Source of the DNA: Polyangiales bacterium
GTDB lineage: Bacteria > Myxococcota_A > Polyangia > Polyangiales > Ga0077539
Direction: 5' to 3'
Assembly: GCA_044229975.1 (NCBI GenBank)
Contig: JBGARZ010000005.1
Span: forward strand, 32,001 to 96,000
Length of the DNA: 64,000 nucleotides
How positions within the stretch are numbered: position 1 is the stretch's first letter; each line of letters opens with the position of its first letter. Below are positions 58,970-64,000 of the stretch, piece after piece. The notes under the pieces were generated by a model that worked only from the letters and a program-made list of their open reading frames with translations, was not told the origin of the DNA and did no database searches. The translations under genes and the position numbers were made by a program.

Positions 58970-58986
58970 AGCATCTCCCATGCCGA
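58970..58986 (-). promoter_or_regulatory. candidate sigma-54 promoter
   Basis: Minus strand TCGGCATGGGAGATGCT = GG-N10-GC, about 80 nt upstream of the 58888 start. Confidence 0.45.
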
Positions 58987-59178
58987 GGCTCAAGTCTCGC
59001 GAGAGTTCCGTCGGGCGGTCCGAGAGCAGAGTGCCGTGAATGAGCGTTCATAGGGTCCCCGTGAACGGCGCCGCGGCGGCCGGTCGCCCAATGAGGGGGG
59101 CGCGTGCGGTTGTTTCGACACCGCGGAGAGCAGTCTGTTATCGTCGCGCCGCCGCGTAGAAGAGGGCGGAACGAGCGC

Positions 59179-61548
59179 ATGGACGTCGTATGTGAACGCT
59201 GCAAGGCCGAGTACGAATTTGACGATGCGCTCGTTTCCGAACGGGGGACCACGGTCAAGTGCACGAACTGTAGCCACCAGTTCAAGATCTTCCGTCCGAC
59301 GTCCGAGAGCGACGCCGCCAAGGTGTGGAACCTCCGTCGACCCGACGGGACGGTGATCCCCTTCGACTCGCTCGCCGTGCTCCAGAAGTGGATCCTGGAG
59401 GGCAAGGTCAGCAAGATGGACGAGATCTCCCGGGCAGGTGAAGCCTGGAAGAGCCTCGGCGCCATCGCGGAGCTCGAGAGCTTCTTCGCCACTGCCGAAC
59501 TCCGCGCTTCGCAGAACGCCCCCGGCCGCGCCGGCCAGCGCTTCCCGAGCATGAACGGCGTGCGCGCGCCCACTCCCGCTCCGGGCACCGCGTCGCGCTC
59601 CAACCCTGCGAGCGGCTCCAAGACGTCGTCCCCCGCGCTGAGTTCGCCCACCATCCGCCCCGGCGGCGCGGCACCACCCCCGCCACCCCCGGTTGCCCTC
59701 CGCGCTCCGTCGCACGGGGGCTCTGGCTCGTCGGGGCTCCGTGCTCCGTCGCAAGGCGGCACGTCTTCGGGACTGCGCGCTCCTTCGCAGGGTGGAACAC
59801 CGCCGCCCGTTCCGACGGGATTGCGCGGTCCATCGGGCGTGAAGCCCGCGGTCAGCACGATGGTGCAGATTCCGCCGCCGCCGAAGATGCCCACGGAGAT
59901 GGGCCCGCCTTCTTCTCCCCTCCCCGCGGCCGACCGGCACGAGCCGCTCGTCGACGAGGTCGAGCGGGCGAGGCCGCGGAGCGTTCCGCCGAAGGTGGCG
60001 CTCCCGCCGCTGCCCACGCTCACGACGCCGCCGCGAGACCTCGTCGACGACCAGGCGCCCACGCGGAGCATGAACTCCGACCTGAAGCTCCCCCGCAGCG
60101 CTCCGCCCCCGCCAGAGCGGCGCAGCGGGCTGGTGCTCGGCCTGGTGGTCGGTGCCGTCATCGCCGCCATCGCCGTCGGCGTGTCGTGGCAGATGGGCGC
60201 GCTCGGCCCGGGCAACGCGACCGCCAACAACACCCCGCGACCGGCGGCGGACACCGCCCACCGCGACGCCATCATCGGGCGCGCCACGGAGAAGACCCGT
60301 CGGTACAGCGCCGCGGCCTTCGACGAAGCCCGCGAAGAGCTCAACACCGCCATCACCCTCAACCCCGCCGACGCCGTGCTCACCGCGACGCGCGCGGAGG
60401 TGCTCGCGGCCTGGTCAGAGATGCTCGCGCAGCAGGCCGACGACCTCGAAGCACAGGCCACTGCGCCCGGTGCCGACGTGGCCCGGCTGCGCGCCGAAGC
60501 GGATCTCCTGCGTCGTGAGAGCGGCACCCGGAAGGAGCGCGCGCGCGCCGACCTGCGCGCCGCCGAAGGGGCTCTCGACAGCGTCCCCGCGGGGGACCGG
60601 CCGCTCGTCGAAGCCCGCCTCGCCGACGCCGCGCGCGTCGTGGGCGAGAGCAGCGTGGCCGCCCACCTCGAAGCCGCACGGCGCACCACGCCCACCGCCG
60701 AGTCGTCCCTCTACCTCGCGCTCGCCTCGATCACGGACGACGCCACGTCGGCCACCGCGGGCCTCCGCGCGGCGCTGGCCACCGAGCCGCAAAACCAGCG
60801 GGCCCGCGTGGCGCTCGCCCGGCTCCTCAAGCGCCAGGGCGATGCGCGAGGCGCGCGAGAAGTCCTCGACGAGGGCCTGCGCGCGGATGCCAGCCACGAA
60901 GCGCTGCTCGGGCTGTCACGGTCCCTGGGTGCGGTGGTAGCCGTCAACAGTGACGCCGGTGTCACCGCGGTCGACGCCGGTGCGGCGCTCGTGGCCGCGG
61001 TGACGCCGCCAACCGTGGTGACGCCCACAGCGACGCCCCCGACGCCTCCGAGCACGGCGACCCCGATCGTGATTCCGGCCGAAGCACCTCATCACGGCGG
61101 CACGGCCGCCGAGGTCGGCGGACCGCTTCCACAGGGGTACGACCGTCTCGTGCAGAGCGGCGATCAGCTCCAGCACGCGGGCCGCAGCGCGCTCGCGCGA
61201 GAGCGCTACCAGGCCGCCCTCGCCGCGCGCCCCAACGGCTCCGAGGCGCTCACGGGCCTCGGCTACGTCGAGCTCGACGTCAACGCCGTGGGTGCGGCGA
61301 TCTCTCGCTTCCGCCAGGCGCTCGCCAGCAACTCCCGCTACTCGGAGGCGTACATCGGGCTCGGCGAGGCCTACAGCCACCAGCGCAATTACGCCCAGGC
61401 CGTGCAGGCCTATCAGCAGTACCTGGAGGTCAACCCGGGCGGGTCGCGCGCGGAGATGGCCCGTCGGCAGATCGAGTCGCTGCAAGAGCGCATCAGCTCG
61501 GCACGGTCGCCCGAGTCCGCCGACGCCGACGCCGCGACCAGCCCCTGA
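59179..61548 (+). CDS. zinc-ribbon (MJ0042-type) / Pro-rich / TM / TPR protein
   Basis: CERC...VKCTNC.HQF, LQKWI...DEISR..W segment, TM LVLGLVVGAV, C-terminal TPRs. Confidence 0.85.
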   Translation: MDVVCERCKAEYEFDDALVSERGTTVKCTNCSHQFKIFRPTSESDAAKVWNLRRPDGTVIPFDSLAVLQKWILEGKVSKMDEISRAGEAWKSLGAIAELESFFATAELRASQNAPGRAGQRFPSMNGVRAPTPAPGTASRSNPASGSKTSSPALSSPTIRPGGAAPPPPPPVALRAPSHGGSGSSGLRAPSQGGTSSGLRAPSQGGTPPPVPTGLRGPSGVKPAVSTMVQIPPPPKMPTEMGPPSSPLPAADRHEPLVDEVERARPRSVPPKVALPPLPTLTTPPRDLVDDQAPTRSMNSDLKLPRSAPPPPERRSGLVLGLVVGAVIAAIAVGVSWQMGALGPGNATANNTPRPAADTAHRDAIIGRATEKTRRYSAAAFDEAREELNTAITLNPADAVLTATRAEVLAAWSEMLAQQADDLEAQATAPGADVARLRAEADLLRRESGTRKERARADLRAAEGALDSVPAGDRPLVEARLADAARVVGESSVAAHLEAARRTTPTAESSLYLALASITDDATSATAGLRAALATEPQNQRARVALARLLKRQGDARGAREVLDEGLRADASHEALLGLSRSLGAVVAVNSDAGVTAVDAGAALVAAVTPPTVVTPTATPPTPPSTATPIVIPAEAPHHGGTAAEVGGPLPQGYDRLVQSGDQLQHAGRSALARERYQAALAARPNGSEALTGLGYVELDVNAVGAAISRFRQALASNSRYSEAYIGLGEAYSHQRNYAQAVQAYQQYLEVNPGGSRAEMARRQIESLQERISSARSPESADADAATSP

Positions 61549-61550
61549 CG

Positions 61551-64000
61551 ATGACCTCGGTGGCCGTGGACGACGAGAGCCTCGCCCCGCTCGGCGCGTT
61601 CGAGCTGGTGGGGACGACCGAGGGTGACTCGCCCGCGTTGGCGGCATTGCGCGCGGTGGGCGCTTGGGTCGAGGGTCCTGAAGGGGCCGTAGAGGTCGAT
61701 GCCCTGGCGAGGCTCGCGGAGACCTGGGCGGCCGCGGGCTGCGTGGGCCTGGAGCGCGATGCGCTCGCGAGCCTGGTCGCGAGAGCTCCGACCGACGAGC
61801 GGCGCCAGCGGCTGGTCGCGCGGCTGGTGCAGACCGGGCGATGGGCAGAGGCCGCCCGCACCGAAGAAGAGCTCGCCGATTCTGGTCAGGCACCGCCGTG
61901 GCGCCGATGGCTCGCGGCGGGATCGCCCGACGACGCGCGAAGGGTCGCTGCGAAGGCCGAGGCGTCACGGGTCGCGCTGGCGCTGCAAGCCCGGGACGAC
62001 GACGCCGAAGAGACCCTCGCCGCAGCCGCCGAGACGGCGCGGCGGGGTGGCGACGTCGAGGGGTGGCGGTCGCTCGCGGTCGACGCGTGGGTGGAGTCGC
62101 GCGGGGAGCGCGGCGGGCCACGACTGTTCGACGCGCTGCGGGCGGCGGGCCGGGAGCGGGCGGCGATGCTCGTGGCGCTCGATGAGTCGGCGCAGGCGCT
62201 CTCGCGCGGGGGAGACGCGGTCGGCGCGCTGCTGCGAGGGGCCGCGCTCGTCGAGAGTGATGGCGAGGCGCTCGCGGTGTGGAGCGTTCGGGCGCTGATG
62301 CCGGGGAGCGACTCGGCAGCGGCGCGCGAGACCCTGCGAGACCTCCTCGCCGAGCGCGGTCGGTCGGCCGAGCTCGCGGTGCGCCTGCGCATCGACGCGT
62401 GGTCAGCCCCCGCGGCGGCGCGGGCCGCGGCGTGGAAGGGCGTCGCCGCGATGGAGCTGCCGCACGACCCGATGCTGGCGTCGCGTGCGCTGGTGGAGGG
62501 CCTGCGGGCCGCGCCCGACGACGTCGAGGCGCTCGACCTGCTGCGTACCCTCGCGGCCGAGGCGAGCATCGAGGCGGCCGTGCGCGACGCCCTCTGGTCG
62601 CTCACGCGGGCCACCGAACTGAGCGCGGCCCAGCGCAGCGAGATGCTGCTCTGGCTCGGATCGCTGGAAGAGCGGGCGGGCGACCTCGTCGCGGCCGAGG
62701 CGGCGTACGCGCGCGTCGAAGACCCTGTCCCGCAAGCCTTCGAGGGGCTCGCGCGGGTCAGCGCGGGCGCGGCCCTCCAGCTCGCGGCGTGCGAGTCGGC
62801 GTTTGCCGCGGCGGTGTCGACGGACGAGGAGAACCGAGCCGCCGCCATCACCCTCGCGGTCACCCGCTGCGAGTCCACGCCCGGCGCCGTGGCGGTCGTC
62901 GCGCTCGCGATGGAGACGCTCGCAGGCGTCGCGCTCGGCGACGAGGCCGCGGCCACGCTGTGGTTGCGCGCCGCGCGCCGGGCGGTCGAGCGTGGGGCGC
63001 TGGCCGGGGTGCTGCGCGCGCTCGCGACCCGCAGCACGCTCGCCACGGTGCGGGCGCAGGGCCTGCGCGAGTGCCTGACGCTCGCGGAGTTTGCGGCGCG
63101 CGATGGCGCCGAGGCGGCCGAGCTGCTCCGCCGCTACGACGAAGACTTCCCGGGGGATGCCACCGTCGCCGCCGCGCTGGCCGCGCTGGCCGAGCGACGC
63201 GACGGCACCGCGTTGCGCGAGGTGGCCCTGCGCGCCGTCGCGGGGGCCTCCCCGGACGCCGCCGAGCGCGATGTGTTGCTGCGCTTCGCGGGCGTCTCGC
63301 AGGGAGCGTTCGAGCCCCTGGGCGCCGTCTCCGAAGAGCCGTCTGCGTCGGCCGAGCGCTCCGACCGGCTGCGTCGGCTGCACGACCTCCTCGGCGACTC
63401 GGTGACGCTGCTCGCGCTCCGAACCCGCGCCCTCATGGCCGCACCGGGCGGCGCCGACGAGGCCCTCGCGGTCGCGCGACGCTTCGTCGAGCTGGCGCCG
63501 TGGTCGCCGGAGGCGGTGTTCGCGTACGCGGGCCTCGCCCGCCTGAGCGACGACCCCGCGGACATCGTGACGTCCATTCGCGCGGCCGTGGGCTCGTGCG
63601 CTCGCCTGCCCGAGCTCGCGTCGCTGACGCGCGGCGCCCTCACGCGGCTCTCCGCCCTTGGCGCCGACGGGGCCGTGTCCGAGGTGCTCGACGTTGCGGC
63701 GCAGGCGGGCCTGCTGGCCGACCGCGGGCTCGCCGAGGTCGCGCTCGCGCGCACCGATGCCGTCGATGCGCGGGCCATCGCCCACCTGGAGATCGTCGTC
63801 GCATCGAGCGACACGCCCGACGCCGCGTGGGTGGAGCGCCTCGACGCGCTCCGTCGCGAGCGCGGTGACGCGGTGGGCGTGCTCGGAGCGCGGCTGAGGG
63901 TTCCGGGCGGGGAGCGGATGGCCGTCGCCGAAGAGCTCGACGCGCTCGCCGAGGGAGCGTCGGGCGACGATGCACAGGGGCGCTGGGTGCGGTGCGCGGT
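61551..64000 (+). CDS. large Ala/Leu-rich TPR-like protein, truncated by window edge
   Basis: ATG 61551 right after upstream stop: MTSVAVDDESLAPLGAFELV...; helical Ala/Leu/Glu/Arg-rich frame that appears to continue to the window end (not fully translated by hand). Confidence 0.6.
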   Translation, partial: MTSVAVDDESLAPLGAFELVGTTEGDSPALAALRAVGAWVEGPEGAVEVDALARLAETWAAAGCVGLERDALASLVARAPTDERRQRLVARLVQTGRWAEAARTEEELADSGQAPPWRRWLAAGSPDDARRVAAKAEASRVALALQARDDDAEETLAAAAETARRGGDVEGWRSLAVDAWVESRGERGGPRLFDALRAAGRERAAMLVALDESAQALSRGGDAVGALLRGAALVESDGEALAVWSVRALMPGSDSAAARETLRDLLAERGRSAELAVRLRIDAWSAPAAARAAAWKGVAAMELPHDPMLASRALVEGLRAAPDDVEALDLLRTLAAEASIEAAVRDALWSLTRATELSAAQRSEMLLWLGSLEERAGDLVAAEAAYARVEDPVPQAFEGLARVSAGAALQLAACESAFAAAVSTDEENRAAAITLAVTRCESTPGAVAVVALAMETLAGVALGDEAAATLWLRAARRAVERGALAGVLRALATRSTLATVRAQGLRECLTLAEFAARDGAEAAELLRRYDEDFPGDATVAAALAALAERRDGTALREVALRAVAGASPDAAERDVLLRFAGVSQGAFEPLGAVSEEPSASAERSDRLRRLHDLLGDSVTLLALRTRALMAAPGGADEALAVARRFVELAPWSPEAVFAYAGLARLSDDPADIVTSIRAAVGSCARLPELASLTRGALTRLSALGADGAVSEVLDVAAQAGLLADRGLAEVALARTDAVDARAIAHLEIVVASSDTPDAAWVERLDALRRERGDAVGVLGARLRVPGGERMAVAEELDALAEGASGDDAQGRWVRCA

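Noticed and set aside
1..64000. tRNA, rRNA, IS/transposase or prophage genes
   Set aside because: None recognised by eye; a tRNAscan/Infernal run would be needed to exclude small RNAs formally

Overview
Very GC-rich bacterial chromosome segment (roughly 70-75% GC by eye). Gene content points to Myxococcota, probably Polyangia-like (inference from Cys-rich repeat lipoproteins, RCC1 proteins, AgmX/PglI-type and zinc-ribbon/TPR proteins, and a split atpZ-I-B-E operon). Most of the window is housekeeping or myxobacterial envelope genes: htpX, uvrC, hutH, F0 atp genes, MMPL, an ABC exporter and glycosylation enzymes. The main discovery is an integron gene-cassette array on the minus strand at about 36730-41245. 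It has seven attC sites, each exactly 91 bp, and seven lower-GC cassettes whose flanking core sites are complementary cassette by cassette. An attI-like site heads the array, but there is no integron integrase in the window. The position where intI would sit holds an unrelated helical orphan gene preceded by 43-bp-period repeats, and a second orphan gene at 10754 is also preceded by a 43-bp tandem hairpin array. Other notable items are a presenilin/SPP-like GxGD protease, a secreted caspase-like lipoprotein next to a pseudokinase-FGE fusion, and a candidate sRNA/attenuator at about 47.3-47.6 kb. All product calls come from motif recognition only; no database search was run.
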